A DNA stretch of 64,000 nucleotides from an uncultured Actinomycetes bacterium (GTDB taxonomy: Bacteria > Actinomycetota > Thermoleophilia > RBG-16-64-13). Positions 1 through 10,932 of this stretch are shown here, piece by piece. The stretch is taken from NCBI GenBank assembly GCA_963706025.1, contig CAVPLM010000005.1:576001-640000 (forward strand), read 5' to 3'. The notes under the pieces are model-generated. The model saw only the letters and a program-made list of their open reading frames with translations, did no database searches and had not been told where the DNA came from. The translations under genes and the position numbers were made by a program. Every line of letters starts with the position of its first letter. Positions within the stretch are counted from its first letter, which is position 1.

Positions 1-3000
1 GGCCTGGCTGACGGTCTCCCCTCGCCATTCCGGCGTGTAGTAGGAGTAAGCCGCCGAGGCCGCGCCCTTCCCCCGGACCGGGTAGAGGGCGCGGGCCTGG
101 AAGGAGAAGCTGACCTTGTCGCCGGGGCTCATGTCTTCGATATACACGATCACCTTCCGGCCGGCCACGTCGTAGCGCTTGATCTTCGGGTTCTCCATAA
201 GACGAGCGAGAGATTCGTCCACCGCGGCAAACCCGGTGGGCACCGATACGTCAAGCACGGTCATGCCCGCTTTGATGGGCTCGGGGGGATCGAAGGTCAG
301 CGTCACGTTCACGTCCACCAGATCGTTGACCGCCACCTGATCGGTATTGTAGTCGACGTCGATGTCGAACACGCTCGCAGCCTTCTCCGCCGCCGGCAGG
401 TTGTAGCGAAGCACTCCCTGGATCACGGCCTCGCCTTTGCCCACGGCAGTCAACTTCACCGGCATCCCGGCCGGGATCTCCACCACTTGGGTGACGTCGT
501 AGTTCTCAGGCGTGATCTGAATTTCTTCGTTCACGTCGCCGGCGTTGAGGGTGACAGTCAGGTCGGTGTCGGTGGCACCGATCGTCGCGTACTCAGTGAG
601 AGCCTGAAGCGCCACCACCGTGTCCTGGGTAGTGCCGAAACCTCCCTGGCTGTTTCGTTGCCCAACGAGCCACTTGGCCGCTTGGGCTGCGTTCACCCGG
701 TCGTCACTCTCGATCAGGGCAAGAGTGGCATAACCGGTCGCTTCTACATCGAGACTGGGCATTATGTCGAAGGGTGGCATCAGGTCGCCTTCAGGCACCG
801 GGAGCTTGTCCACCCGCTGGGACCCGCCGCCAGCCGCTGCGCCGCTGCTCCAGTGAAGCCCGTTCTCGTCCTCGATGGCCAAGGCCATGAGCTTCTGCTG
901 CGCGGCCGCCGCCCGGTCGCTCCCGCCAAGCTCGAGCGCATAAGTGGTCAGAGCCAGTCCGTAGGGATCATCGATGGCGTCCAGCCGCCCCTCGAGGTAG
1001 GCCACGGCTTTGTCCGCGGCGGCGGTCTGACCGGCCTCCAGAAGGGCGATCGCCACATAGGCTGTGAGAGCGTCCTTGCCTTGCACACCCCCCACCATCT
1101 CTTGGTGATGCACGAAGCCGACGGCCTCGAAGGAACCGTCCTTCTGCTGGTGGTCGGTTATCCACCCGGCCGCGTCGGAGAGCACGGCCTCGTCGATGAA
1201 GGTCAGATCCTTGGCTTGAGCAAACGTCTTGAGCACGAAGGCGGTGAGCCAGAGGCTGCCCGTTTCATCCTGGTCGCCGAAAGCGGAGAAGCTCCCGTCC
1301 GAGCGACGATAGGTGAGTTCCCGCTGATAGCCGGTGACCAGGAGCATCTCGGCTTTGGCCTGTATTTCCGGCTTGAGTTGGCGTGTCCCTTCCAGGTACT
1401 TGAGTATGAAGGCGTCCGGCGCGAACAGGATCATGTTCTGTTCCCCACACCCAAAGGGCATTTGGAGCAACTGGTCGAGACCCTCGATGGTCTGCGCCAG
1501 GAGACTGCCGGTGACGGCCACATAGGCCCGGTCCGAGTCGGGGACGATCTTGAGCAGGTCCGGCAGGACCAGGCCCAAAGTCCGCGACTGACCGGCGGGA
1601 AGGACGACGTTCTCCACCGTCTCCCGACCCACGCCTTCCGGCTCCACGATCATGCTCTTGATCACCGCGTCCGCGGCTTCGGAGCTGCGGGCCGTTATCT
1701 TGACCAGCTGCGTCCCGATCGTCGTCGGCCGGATCCTGAACTCGGCGCTGCCGATGTCGCCGCCCGCTATGGTCACAGTGGTCTTCGTGCCGTCCAGAAG
1801 CTCGAACCAGGAGGCAGGCTCGATCTCCACCTGGATCTCTTGAGGCGTGTCCAGGTAGTTGTACAGAGCGATCTTGACCGGGAACTCCTCCCCGCGGATA
1901 GCGGAATACGGCAGGTCGGCCTGCAGGAAGAACGGCTGGAACACACGTAGCGAAGCCTCGGCGATACCCAGGCCATTCGCGGGCGAGAGCGCCACAGCTC
2001 TAAGGTCCCAGGTGGTGATGGAGTCGGGCGCTTCAAAAGAGAGAGAAGCGATGCCCGCATCGTCGGTGATGGTCTCTTCCCAGATCCAGGTCTCGGGGAA
2101 GTACTGTCTCACGCGCTCCACCTCGGCCAGCTGGCCGGAACCGGTCGGCGTGGTCTCACCGGCCATCGAGGTCGTCGTCGCGGCCGCTGCGGTCGTCATA
2201 GTCTCTCCCGGCGCCGCTTGACCGGCCTTGACCGCCTCCGCGCCGTCGAACATCATCTGCGGCGACTCGATCTCTTTGCCTTCGGGCACGTCCTTGTTCG
2301 AGAGCACGATCAGACCCGCATCGTCGAAGGTCTCCTCGGCTCCCGGGATGACCAGAGGCCCACCCATCCACTCACCCTCGTGCAGTTCGGCTTGAGGCTG
2401 CATGTAGAGGCGCTCCAACTCGGCGAACACTTGCTCGAGATTGAGACGGTTCTCGGCCAAGATGAACACCGAGCGATCGACCGCCACTAGGCCCACTTTG
2501 GCCGGACCCTCGGTCTGCACCTGCACCTCCACCGCATCTCCAGGCTTGGCTTCGTCGGTATTGAAGGCGGCGCTCACCTGTTGCGGGTATTCACCCGCGA
2601 CTTCGAAGGGAAGGGAATCCGCGGCCACTTCGCTGCTCGGCAGGATCTGGTAGACGAGCAGGCGCGCCGAAGGCGCCATGGCCGGCGTCACTTTGAAGGA
2701 GATGTCTCCTGGGGTGCTGCTGGTGAAGACCACCCGTCCCCGTGAGACCACCTCGTAGTAGAAGGTGCCGGCTTCAGCAGTGGAAGCGACTTGGAAACTC
2801 GCCGTGTCCCCCACGTCCAGAGCCAGTTCCCCCTGCTGCTGCACGTGGACGAAGTTGCCGGAGGGAGAGTACGACGCCGTCACTTCCTTGTAGGCATACG
2901 CATCGCCCGAGGCGGCCTGGAACGTGGCGCGTACTGCGTCCTCCGGGGGATCGAACTGCACCAGAGCTGTTCCCCGGCTGGTCTCTACCCGCTGGAGCTC

Positions 3001-4163
3001 GTGCCCCACTTCGCTGTAGTCCTCGTCCATGTAGTAGACGTCCACGTTGACGCTCGCTTCGACCGGCTCGCCCCCCGGGGTCTCGGTAACCACCAGCACG
3101 CTGAAGGGCAGCGTGGGCTTGAAGGCCGAGCTCTCGGGGATGAGCTGGATGTTCACCGGAGACTGCGCGACCGTGATCAGCTCGGTGGTCGTCTGCTCGT
3201 ACCCGGTCGATTCCTCGACCACCGTGATGTCGAGCCTGACGTTCCCCAGCCCTCCGGCCTCAGGTACGCCGGCCACGTAGCCGGCCGGCCGGATGGTGAA
3301 ATCGCCCTCGCCGTCGATATCGGCAGTATAGGTGGCGTACTCTTCCCACTCACCCACGTAGCGAGAGGCGGTCACCTTGAGCTCGCCCTCGACCGCCCGG
3401 CCAAAACTGTACTGAGCCGCTACATGACCGGCGATGGTCTCGTCCACCAGGAACCAGCCCTTCGCAAGCTCGGCCTTGACTTCGTATTTGGGAAGGACGT
3501 ATTCCTCCACCCGCACGTCCAGTTCGGTCGAGGTGTCGCCTGCGTAGGCGGTGAGCTTCCACACCCCCAGGTTCGGCTCGGTCGACAGTGGCAACTCCGT
3601 GGTGACAGTGCCGAACTCGTCGGTGGTTACCATCTGCTTGAAGATCTTGATGCCCTTGGCGTCCTGGACCTCGATCGTGGCCCCGGTCCGCACCGGCTTC
3701 AGCTCTGAATCGAGCGCCACCAGCCGCACGAGGATGGTCTGTCCCGGCTTGTAGATGGGCTTGTCGGTCTCGAGGAAGAGAAGTGTTCCGGCCTGGACCT
3801 GGACAGAGGCACGTTCGGAGAAGCCCACACCGGTGACCAGTATTTCGTACTCGCCTGCCGTCACCTGGGGAACATCGAAAGTCACGGTGCCCTTGCCGTC
3901 GATGTCGGCAGTACCCGAGGTCAGCAGCTTCTTGTTCTGATCGAAAAGCGACACACTGACCTGGCTCTTGACCAGGTCTTTCCCGTTGAAGAGAGACATG
4001 GAGAAGGAGGCGGTCTCGCCCGACCTGAGCACCTTGGGGACCAAGGCTACGTACCCGTCGACCCTCTCGCCCCCGCGGGCGGAGGAGGCGAGGTGCACCC
4101 CAGGATCACCGCTCCAAGAAGCCCCGCGAGTATGAGCGGGACAAGCATCCTCAAACGACTCAT
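1..4163 (-). CDS. Secreted alpha-2-macroglobulin / thioester-containing protein (3' end runs off the window; probable 1-nt indel near 4100 in the signal peptide)
   Basis: Manual translation gives LFLETDKPIYKPGQT, EEYVLPKYEV, VRQYFPETWIWE, LLQMPFGCGEQNMILFAP (thioester, about 1423-1470), TGYQRELTYRRSDGSFSAFG, WLTAFVLKTFAQA and a C-terminal receptor-binding domain. ATG at 4163 starts a hydrophobic leader in a different frame. Confidence 0.93.
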
Positions 4164-4195
4164 GGCGCACCCCCCTGGTCTCGGATACCTGCTGA

Positions 4196-4222
4196 GACGG
4201 AGGGGGGCTTCCTTGAGTTTCC
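4196..4222 (-). promoter_or_regulatory. ECF-sigma-like promoter upstream of the A2M gene
   Basis: Minus strand GGAAAC-N17-CGTC, matching the AAC/CGT pattern of ECF promoters. Confidence 0.4.
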
Positions 4223-4322
4223 GAAGACGGGGCTGCCCGCGAGTGCGGGCCGCGGCACAAGGGTGGCGACCAAGCGTGGCGTAGGCTGGTGAAAGCCTCA
4301 GCCGAGCTGCGAACCACCCCGC

Positions 4323-4560
4323 CTAGGCGAGCGGCCAGAACACCTCGGTGACGTGCTTACTGAGGTCCGGCTCCGCCGGGCCGGTGAGGTAGCGCTCCCA
4401 CATCGTGTCCGCCAGAGTCAGATCGTTCGCTTTCGCGTACTTGTCCGCGCGGACCCAGGGGTTCTCGATCGGATTGATGTCGACCGCCAGACCGTAGGCA
4501 TGCATGCTCCACACGCTGGCGTAGTAGCCCTCGACCCAGGTCGAACTGGGAAGCGTGTCG
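4323..4560 (-). pseudogene. Chimeric remnant: M15 peptidase fragment joined to a GyrI-like C-terminus
   Basis: WSMHAYGLAVDINPIENPWV (SxH-x6-D, M15) directly followed by ...TMWERYLTGPAEPDLSKHVTEVFWPLA (GyrI-like ending). Confidence 0.5.
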
Positions 4561-4784
4561 CGGCCAGAGAATACCTTGTCCCCGGCTTGACTTTCCGAGA
4601 CACCGAGCTGATTCCGCTCCGTGATCGAGATCCGAATGCAAGAGTCGCATCTGTTGGCTGCTGTGCCTCGATTGGTATGATGGACTCCTGTACTGCTCGT
4701 CTATCGATCGGGCCTGATGAGGGGCTGGTCGTGGCATCGCGGGTGACAACGGCACTTTGAGCGAGGGGAGAGTCGGGAGAGACG

Positions 4785-6380
4785 ATGAAGGTCCTGGTGA
4801 AGGAGAAGATCGCGCAGGCGGGGGTCGACATCCTCAAAGAGCACTTCGACGTCGAGGTTCGCACCGATATGACCGACGAGGAGCTCACGCAGAAGATCAA
4901 CGACTACGACGCGATCATTGTGCGCTCGGCCAGCAAGATAACGGCGGATGTCCTCGAGAATGCGAAACGGGTCAAGATGATCGGCCGGGCCGGTGTCGGG
5001 GTGGACAATATCGACGTCAAGGCCGCCACCCAGAAGGGCATCGTGGTGGCGAACGCCCCCGGATCGAACAGCCTCTCGGTGGCCGAGCACGCTCTCGGAC
5101 TGCTCCTGGCTCAGGTTCGGCAGATCCCGAACGCCAACGCTTCGATGCATGCCGGCAAATGGGAGAAGTCCAAGTTCAAGGGTGTAGAGATCACCGATAA
5201 GGTCCTGGGCATCATGGGTCTGGGCAAGATCGGGGTGCTGGTGGCCCAGCGGGCACAGGGGCTACGCATGAACGTCATCGCGTACGACCCCTATGTCTCC
5301 GCCGACCGCTTCCGCGAGCTGGGGATAGGGCGGGCAGAGACCCCCGACGATCTCTACGCTTCTTCCGACTTCATCAGCGTTCATCTTCCCAAGACCCCTG
5401 AGACCATGGGTCTGATCGGTGACGCGGCCTTCGACAAGATGAAGAACGGGGTGCGCATCATCAACAGTGCCCGGGGAGGCATTGTCGACGAGGCTGCGCT
5501 GGCACGCGCACTCGAAGCGGGCAAGGTGGCCTCGGCCGGTCTGGACGTCTTCTCGGCAGAACCTGTCCCCGAGGATTTCCCTCTGGCGAAGTTCGACAAC
5601 GTGATCATGACCCCGCACCTCGGCGCCTCCACCACTGAGGGACAGGACCGCGCCGGCGTCATCGCGGCCGAGCAGATCGTGGCCGGGCTCACGGGCGGCG
5701 TGGTGACGTACGCCGTGAACATCCCCTCCGTCTCCAAGGAAGCCATGGAAGCTATCGGACCGTTTCTTCCCCTCGCCGAGACCTTGGGCCAGCTGATATC
5801 CGCCGTCGCCGAGGGTCCGCTCTCCAAGGTCACCGTCCATTACGAGGGTGAGCTGGCCGACCACGATACCCGGCTTCTGACCCTTGCCGCCACCAAGGGT
5901 CTGGTGGAAAGCGGCGCGGACGAGGCGGTCAACTTCGTGAACGCACCTTCCGTCGCGGCCGAGCGAGGCCTGCAGGTCTCCGAGGCGAAGGATCGCCGGT
6001 CGCCTGACTACACCAACCTCATCACCCTCAAGAGCACCGACAAGCAGGGCGAGTTGACAGCTGCCGGCACCGTCTTCGGCCCGAAGAACCGGCCCCGGTT
6101 GGTCAAGATCTATAGGCACGCCATCGACATCGAGCCCTCGGCGCACATGGTCTTCCTGCGTTATGAGGACGTGCCCGGCATGATCGGCAAGATCGGGACC
6201 ACAATCGGTGGCCACGGCATCAACATCGCCTTCATGAACGTCGGCCGAAAGAAGGTGGTAGGCAAAGCGGTGATGGGCCTCGCCTTGGACGACCCGTTGC
6301 CCGCAGCGGTGCTCGATGAGATCCGAGCCGTCCCCGGCGTCGACGGCGTTCGCGCGGTCGAGCTCTCGCTGGCTTCCTAG
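4785..6380 (+). CDS. serA: D-3-phosphoglycerate dehydrogenase
   Basis: [25 protein letters not shown] motifs; C-terminal ASB and ACT domains; 531 aa. Confidence 0.97.
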   Translation: MKVLVKEKIAQAGVDILKEHFDVEVRTDMTDEELTQKINDYDAIIVRSASKITADVLENAKRVKMIGRAGVGVDNIDVKAATQKGIVVANAPGSNSLSVAEHALGLLLAQVRQIPNANASMHAGKWEKSKFKGVEITDKVLGIMGLGKIGVLVAQRAQGLRMNVIAYDPYVSADRFRELGIGRAETPDDLYASSDFISVHLPKTPETMGLIGDAAFDKMKNGVRIINSARGGIVDEAALARALEAGKVASAGLDVFSAEPVPEDFPLAKFDNVIMTPHLGASTTEGQDRAGVIAAEQIVAGLTGGVVTYAVNIPSVSKEAMEAIGPFLPLAETLGQLISAVAEGPLSKVTVHYEGELADHDTRLLTLAATKGLVESGADEAVNFVNAPSVAAERGLQVSEAKDRRSPDYTNLITLKSTDKQGELTAAGTVFGPKNRPRLVKIYRHAIDIEPSAHMVFLRYEDVPGMIGKIGTTIGGHGINIAFMNVGRKKVVGKAVMGLALDDPLPAAVLDEIRAVPGVDGVRAVELSLAS

Positions 6381-6493
6381 CCAGGAATGCCGGTACTATC
6401 GCCGGTGGTCGTCGCGACCCAGCAAAGACAAGACACTACGGCCTTTCGTGCGGCGCGAAGCCCGACCGATCGGCTGAAAGGAGGATCACATCC

Positions 6494-7642
6494 ATGAAAC
6501 CAGCCGCCAGACCGCGGAACCCCTGCTTCTCCTCGGGCCCATGCGCGAAGCGCCCGGGTTGGGCCGTGTCGGCTCTGGAGGGCGCCTTGGTGGGGCGCTC
6601 CCACCGGTCGAAAGAAGGCCGGGCGCGGATCAAGGAGGTGTCGGATAGATCGAGGAAGCTTCTCGGAGTGCCCGATGAATACCGGATCGGGCTGGTGCCG
6701 GCGTCCGACACCGGGGCGGTCGAGATGAGCCTCTGGTCGTTGCTCGGCCCCCGGGGCGTCGATGTGCTCGCCTGGGAGAGCTTCGGGCAAGGCTGGGTCA
6801 CCGACATCTCCAAACAGCTCAAGCTGCCGGACGTACGGGTCCTTGCCGCGGACTATGGGCAGATCCCCGACCTCGCCCAGGTCGACTTCAGCCGTGACGT
6901 GGTCTTCACATGGAACGGCACCACCTCCGGAGTGAGGGTGCCGGACGCGGCCTGGATCCCGGAGACGCGTGAGGGCCTGGCGATCTGCGACGCCACCTCC
7001 GCCGTCTTCGCGATGGACGTCCCCATCGGCGCGATGGACGTCGTCACCTATTCCTGGCAGAAGGTCCTCGGCGGAGAGGGCCAGCACGGCATGCTGATCC
7101 TCAGCCCCCGCGCGGTCGAGCGCCTCGAAAGCTACGCTCCCCCCTGGCCCCTTCCGAAGATCTTTCGCATGACCAAGGGCGGCAAACTGAGTGACGGCAT
7201 CTTTCAAGCCGACACCATCAACACGCCCTCGATGCTCTGCGTGGAGGACGCCCTGGACGGCCTCCGGTGGGCGGAAGAGATCGGCGGATTGCCGGAATTG
7301 GTGCTCCGCAGCAAAGCCAATCTGGCCGCGGTGGCCGACTGGGTCGCGCGTACTCCCTGGGTCGAGTTCCTCGCCGAAGACCCTGCGATCCGATCGAGCA
7401 CGTCTATCTGCCTGAAGATCGTCGATCCCTGGTTCACAGAGCTTCCGGCCGAGGAGCAGGCGCCGATACCCAAGAAGATGGCCTCACTTCTCGAGAAAGA
7501 GGGCGCGGCGTACGACGTCGCCTCGTACCGGGATGCACCTCCAGGCCTACGCCTCTGGGGCGGTGCCACCGTCCTCAAGGCGGATCTGGAGGCACTCTTC
7601 CCCTGGCTCGACTGGGCCTACGAAGAGGTCAAGAAGGGGTAA
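6494..7642 (+). CDS. serC: Phosphoserine aminotransferase (Methanosarcina/alphaproteobacterial type)
   Basis: [30 protein letters not shown] (PLP lysine), [11 protein letters not shown]; adjacent to serA. Confidence 0.95.
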   Translation: MKPAARPRNPCFSSGPCAKRPGWAVSALEGALVGRSHRSKEGRARIKEVSDRSRKLLGVPDEYRIGLVPASDTGAVEMSLWSLLGPRGVDVLAWESFGQGWVTDISKQLKLPDVRVLAADYGQIPDLAQVDFSRDVVFTWNGTTSGVRVPDAAWIPETREGLAICDATSAVFAMDVPIGAMDVVTYSWQKVLGGEGQHGMLILSPRAVERLESYAPPWPLPKIFRMTKGGKLSDGIFQADTINTPSMLCVEDALDGLRWAEEIGGLPELVLRSKANLAAVADWVARTPWVEFLAEDPAIRSSTSICLKIVDPWFTELPAEEQAPIPKKMASLLEKEGAAYDVASYRDAPPGLRLWGGATVLKADLEALFPWLDWAYEEVKKG

Positions 7643-7721
7643 GGGCAGGAGTAGGGGCAGGGCAGGGATTCGAGTCCGCCGCGGCTCATCAGAAAGACCC
7701 GCCGTGACTATCAGGGGATAT

Positions 7722-8276
7722 CTATTCCTCTTCGGGCGGGGAAACCTCCACCTCCGAAGCAGGTAACGGGGAAGGCGGCGGGGGATCGGCCGGTATGGGA
7801 GCCTCGTCCCCAGGTTTCTCGTGTGTGCCGGCGGCTCGCAGCAGCGCTTCGGCCTCCACTCCGTCATCAGGGCATGACGCGGTGCCGAAGCTCACCTTCA
7901 GGGTGACGCCGTCTCGGCCAAGCTTGAACGTTGTCTTTTCGGCCGAGGCGGCGATACGCCTGCCCACCGTCTGGACGGCCTCCTTGTCGGCCTCCTCCAT
8001 GATGACGATGAATTCATCCTTGGCACACCGGCAGGAAATGTCCACATCGCGTAGATTCACCTTGATGAGCGTAGCCAAATACTCGAGGGCGGACTCCCCG
8101 GCCGCACGTCCAAACGTGTCGTTGAACCAGTCCAGATTGTCAAAGTCGACCGTGAGCAGAGAAAACGGGCGTCGGTACCGTCTGTAGAGGTCGACATGGC
8201 GTTCAAGCTCATGCAGCACGTAACGGCGGTCTTGAAGACCGGTAAGCGGGTCCCATCCGGGACTTTCTTCCGTCAT
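7722..8276 (-). CDS. Stand-alone degenerate GGDEF domain protein
   Basis: DPLTGL, DFDN..WFNDTFG, active site AKDEF, intact RxxD. Start placed at ATG 8276 (RBS GGGGAGG); the ORF extends to 8378. Confidence 0.85.
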   Translation of the reverse strand: MTEESPGWDPLTGLQDRRYVLHELERHVDLYRRYRRPFSLLTVDFDNLDWFNDTFGRAAGESALEYLATLIKVNLRDVDISCRCAKDEFIVIMEEADKEAVQTVGRRIAASAEKTTFKLGRDGVTLKVSFGTASCPDDGVEAEALLRAAGTHEKPGDEAPIPADPPPPSPLPASEVEVSPPEEE

Positions 8277-8383
8277 GTCGCGCCTCCCCTGGTCGTCTTC
8301 GAAACCCGCATTCGAAAGGTCACAGCCCGTAAATCTATCAGGTTCCGATGACGCTTGACTCGCGTTTCTACCATCCATCTCCT

Positions 8384-8391
8384 ATATCGGC
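8384..8391 (-). promoter_or_regulatory. sigma28-type -10 box
   Basis: GCCGATAT on the minus strand upstream of the GGDEF gene; -35 box poor. Confidence 0.45.
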
Positions 8392-8550
8392 CTCCAGAGC
8401 CGAGAACAGAAGAAGCGCGCTTTCAGTGTCCTAGAAAGCCAGCAGGGAACCCGCTCCGTCAAGCAGGAGAATGTTGCGTTCTTTGCGTCCAACTAATAAG
8501 CTGAGAAAAAGGCGGTACCCTATACCCTGAGTGCCTCCCGTTCTTCCTTA

Positions 8551-8716
8551 GAGCTCGTTTCAGAATGACGCTCTGCCGACAGGGTGCGATCGGCGGGAGT
8601 GAGGCGAGGACTAGAGGGAGCGCTCGTAGCAGCGCCACGAGCGCGACTGAAGGACAGATGGATCGCTCCGCCCAGCGCGGAATGAGTCGGCCAAGACTTC
8701 ATTCTGAAACGAGTCT
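8551..8716. mobile_element. MITE (IS5/PIF-like ends)
   Basis: Terminal inverted repeats with 15 identical bp (CTCGTTTCAGAATGA), TTA on both flanks (8548-8550, 8717-8719), internal hairpin, no transposase. Confidence 0.75.
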
Positions 8717-8725
8717 TTAGTCAGT

Positions 8726-9985
8726 GTGGCTATGAAAGCATCCACCGATCGCATCGTGTGCCGGGAGTGCCGGGGACAGAACGACCCGGCCGCCCGTTTC
8801 TGCTGGTACTGCGGGGCTTCGCTCCACAGCCGAGGTTACTACGCCAGCGGTTCCCGCAAGGCTGCGCGGGTCACGAGGGACGTGTTCAAGTGGCTGATCC
8901 CCGTGGTCGTGGTGCTGGCCCTCGCCGTCGGTGTTTTCTATGTGGTGGACGCCTACCTGCTGTCGCCTCTGCGGAGTAGCCCTGCCCGAGTTGAGACCCA
9001 GCCCAGTACCACAGTGAAGGTGATCTCCACCACCACTACCACCACGATCGCGCCCCGTACCGACCGCGTCGTGGCCGGGAGCGATCGGTACGGCACGGCC
9101 ATAGCCATCTCCAAGCTCGGCCATCCCCAGGGTGCTCCCGCTCTGGTGCTTGCGACCGGCGACGATTACACAGAAGCGGTCTGCGCAGCTCCTCTGGCGG
9201 CGGCGTACAAGGCGCCCATACTGCTCGTGCCCCCGGAAGGTATCAGAGCCGACCTCAGCACCGAGATAGAGCGGCTCAATCCTTCGCGGATATTCCTGGT
9301 AGGGGTCTCGGGATCCTCCAAGGTAAAGAGACAACTTCGCGATCTCTTGGGGGATCCCGGCATAGCCAGCCTGACCGGCGACGATCGGTACGAGACGGCG
9401 GCTCTCGTCGCCCAGCAGGTCAAGGCCAAGCTGGGGACGGTTTCGAAGGTGGTCGTAGCTCCCTCGGACAGCTTCGCGGAGGCGATCGCGGTGGCTCCGC
9501 TGGCGGCGGCCAAGGGTTGGCCTATCCTCTTCGGCCCCCTTGAGGGCAAGATTCCCGCTGCTACCACCGACGCCATAGGAGAGCTGGGGGTGGCTTCGGC
9601 GCTGGTGGTCGGTACCAAGTCAGAACTGAGCCTTACCGACGTGGAGCGCCAGGTGGGAGCGGACAGCTATGCGACCGCCGCCCTTATCGCGCGGTACGCC
9701 CTCACCCAGGGCTTGAGCTTCGCCCACACGGCTATCGTCACCGGGGAAAACTTCCCGGACGGTCTGCCCGCGGGACCCTACTTAGCTCTCGACAACGGTA
9801 TCCTCCTGCTGGCCAAAGAAGGACGGCTCCCCCCGGCTATCCTGGCAGTGTTCAACGCCAACCAGTCGGCCATCCGCACTCTGGACTTCATCGCCTTGCC
9901 GGATCTAGCTGAAGCCATGGCACGCCCCCGCACCGCGACCACAGTAACCTCCGGCACTACGGAGACCACCGAGACAACCCCGTAG
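8726..9985 (+). CDS. Cell-wall-binding repeat 2 (CWB2) protein with N-terminal zinc ribbon and TM helix
   Basis: CRECxxxN...FCWYCG, TM segment, Thr-rich linker, three G(S/D/A)D(R/S)Y repeats with PILL-like motifs. Confidence 0.88.
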   Translation: MAMKASTDRIVCRECRGQNDPAARFCWYCGASLHSRGYYASGSRKAARVTRDVFKWLIPVVVVLALAVGVFYVVDAYLLSPLRSSPARVETQPSTTVKVISTTTTTTIAPRTDRVVAGSDRYGTAIAISKLGHPQGAPALVLATGDDYTEAVCAAPLAAAYKAPILLVPPEGIRADLSTEIERLNPSRIFLVGVSGSSKVKRQLRDLLGDPGIASLTGDDRYETAALVAQQVKAKLGTVSKVVVAPSDSFAEAIAVAPLAAAKGWPILFGPLEGKIPAATTDAIGELGVASALVVGTKSELSLTDVERQVGADSYATAALIARYALTQGLSFAHTAIVTGENFPDGLPAGPYLALDNGILLLAKEGRLPPAILAVFNANQSAIRTLDFIALPDLAEAMARPRTATTVTSGTTETTETTP

Positions 9986-10108
9986 GCCGCGGCGCGTGGC
10001 GAGGGGCACCGTCCGATACGCCGACTGAGGTCTGGTCGCAAGCCACGTAGCGGGTGACGCATGGTTCGTTGCCAAACCGTTGCCAAGAAAGACCCCGACT
10101 CTGCCGTC

Positions 10109-10354
10109 TCACAGCCCACCGGGATTCGACGGGTACTTTGGGCCGTTCCCTTTCGACTTGTCTCCCTCCCAGCGGCGGGTGACTTCGGTGCCCCAATCAA
10201 GGAGTGCCCATCCCCCGACGAATAGCGCAGCGGCGATGGCGAGGGTGATGTATTTGGACGTGAAGCTGCTCTCAATAACGTAGTGCGCGATGGCGACGCC
10301 CGCGCCGACGAGTAGGAGGACTGCCCCAACTATGGTTGCGACGACCTTCCGCAT
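10109..10354 (-). CDS. Small two-TM membrane protein
   Basis: MRKVVATIVGAVLLLVG...; RBS GAAGGAG; two hydrophobic segments. Confidence 0.6.
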   Translation of the reverse strand: MRKVVATIVGAVLLLVGAGVAIAHYVIESSFTSKYITLAIAAALFVGGWALLDWGTEVTRRWEGDKSKGNGPKYPSNPGGL

Positions 10355-10472
10355 CCCTTCTCCTTCATCCCCCTCGATGACGATGGTATCGGCGCTGGTC
10401 CTAGAGACGGAATCCAAGCCACCCGCGCACCTGCAACTTCTCCACTATAGGACATGTGGCGAGAACAAAGCA

Positions 10473-10541
10473 GAAGCCCCCGCCGGCCGAGCTTGGGCAG
10501 TAATACAGAAGCTCCGATCTTCCGATATCAGGGGTAGGAAG
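10473..10541 (+). repeat. Hairpin-family copy A (left arm) fused to a sigma28-like promoter; near-duplicate of 13022-13090
   Basis: GAAGCCCCCGCCGGCCGAGCTTGG then TAAT-N16-TCCGATAT. Confidence 0.75.
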
Positions 10542-10553
10542 AAGGAGGACATC

Positions 10554-10760
10554 ATGCGAGGCTGTCACGACTGCAAGTATGGCCCACTCCGCCTTGACAA
10601 AGAGTTTCAGTGCGACAGAGAGAGATTGACGCTTCCAGACCCATCCGAATGGTGTTCGATGGATCCTAGTTGTATGAACTGGCAACCCATGTCGGTAGAT
10701 GACCCCAGGCGGGTCAAGTCGTACCAGGAAGTCCTCTGCGGCACAAAGATGTCGCCCTGA
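10554..10760 (+). CDS. Small Cys-rich hypothetical protein (68 aa)
   Basis: Strong RBS AAGGAGG; CxxC plus four more Cys. Confidence 0.6.
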   Translation: MRGCHDCKYGPLRLDKEFQCDRERLTLPDPSEWCSMDPSCMNWQPMSVDDPRRVKSYQEVLCGTKMSP

Positions 10761-10791
10761 CGTCAGCTCGCAGAGCCTGAAAGGAGAAAGC

Positions 10792-10828
10792 GCCCGCGCC
10801 GGCCAAGCGTTGACGCTACCGATCGGGC
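10792..10828 (+). repeat. Hairpin-family copy B
   Basis: GCCCG-CGC-CGG-CCA-AGCGT-TG-ACGCT-A-CCG-AT-CGGGC. Confidence 0.7.
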
Positions 10829-10932
10829 AGAACCACATAAATGAACGGAGGCCCCGAAGAACCTCCGCTTCTAGCGTCCACGTCTATCACGTCAGGTCAT
10901 GGGCCATCTTCGCTGCGGAAAGACGGTACCCT

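Noticed and set aside
487-3708. Long + strand ORFs (487..1950, 2791..3708) and similar antisense ORFs such as 46316..47710 and 53933..55507
   Set aside because: Shadow ORFs opposite real genes in GC-rich DNA
4093-4110. Lipobox (ILGC) in the A2M leader
   Set aside because: It appears only in the frameshifted reading; adding one G to the homopolymer gives ILGVHLASSARG, in frame with the rest of the gene
7616-7690. G-quadruplex or tRNA-like att fragment after serC
   Set aside because: G runs are common at this GC content; the T-loop-like match is short and does not match the tRNA-Thr
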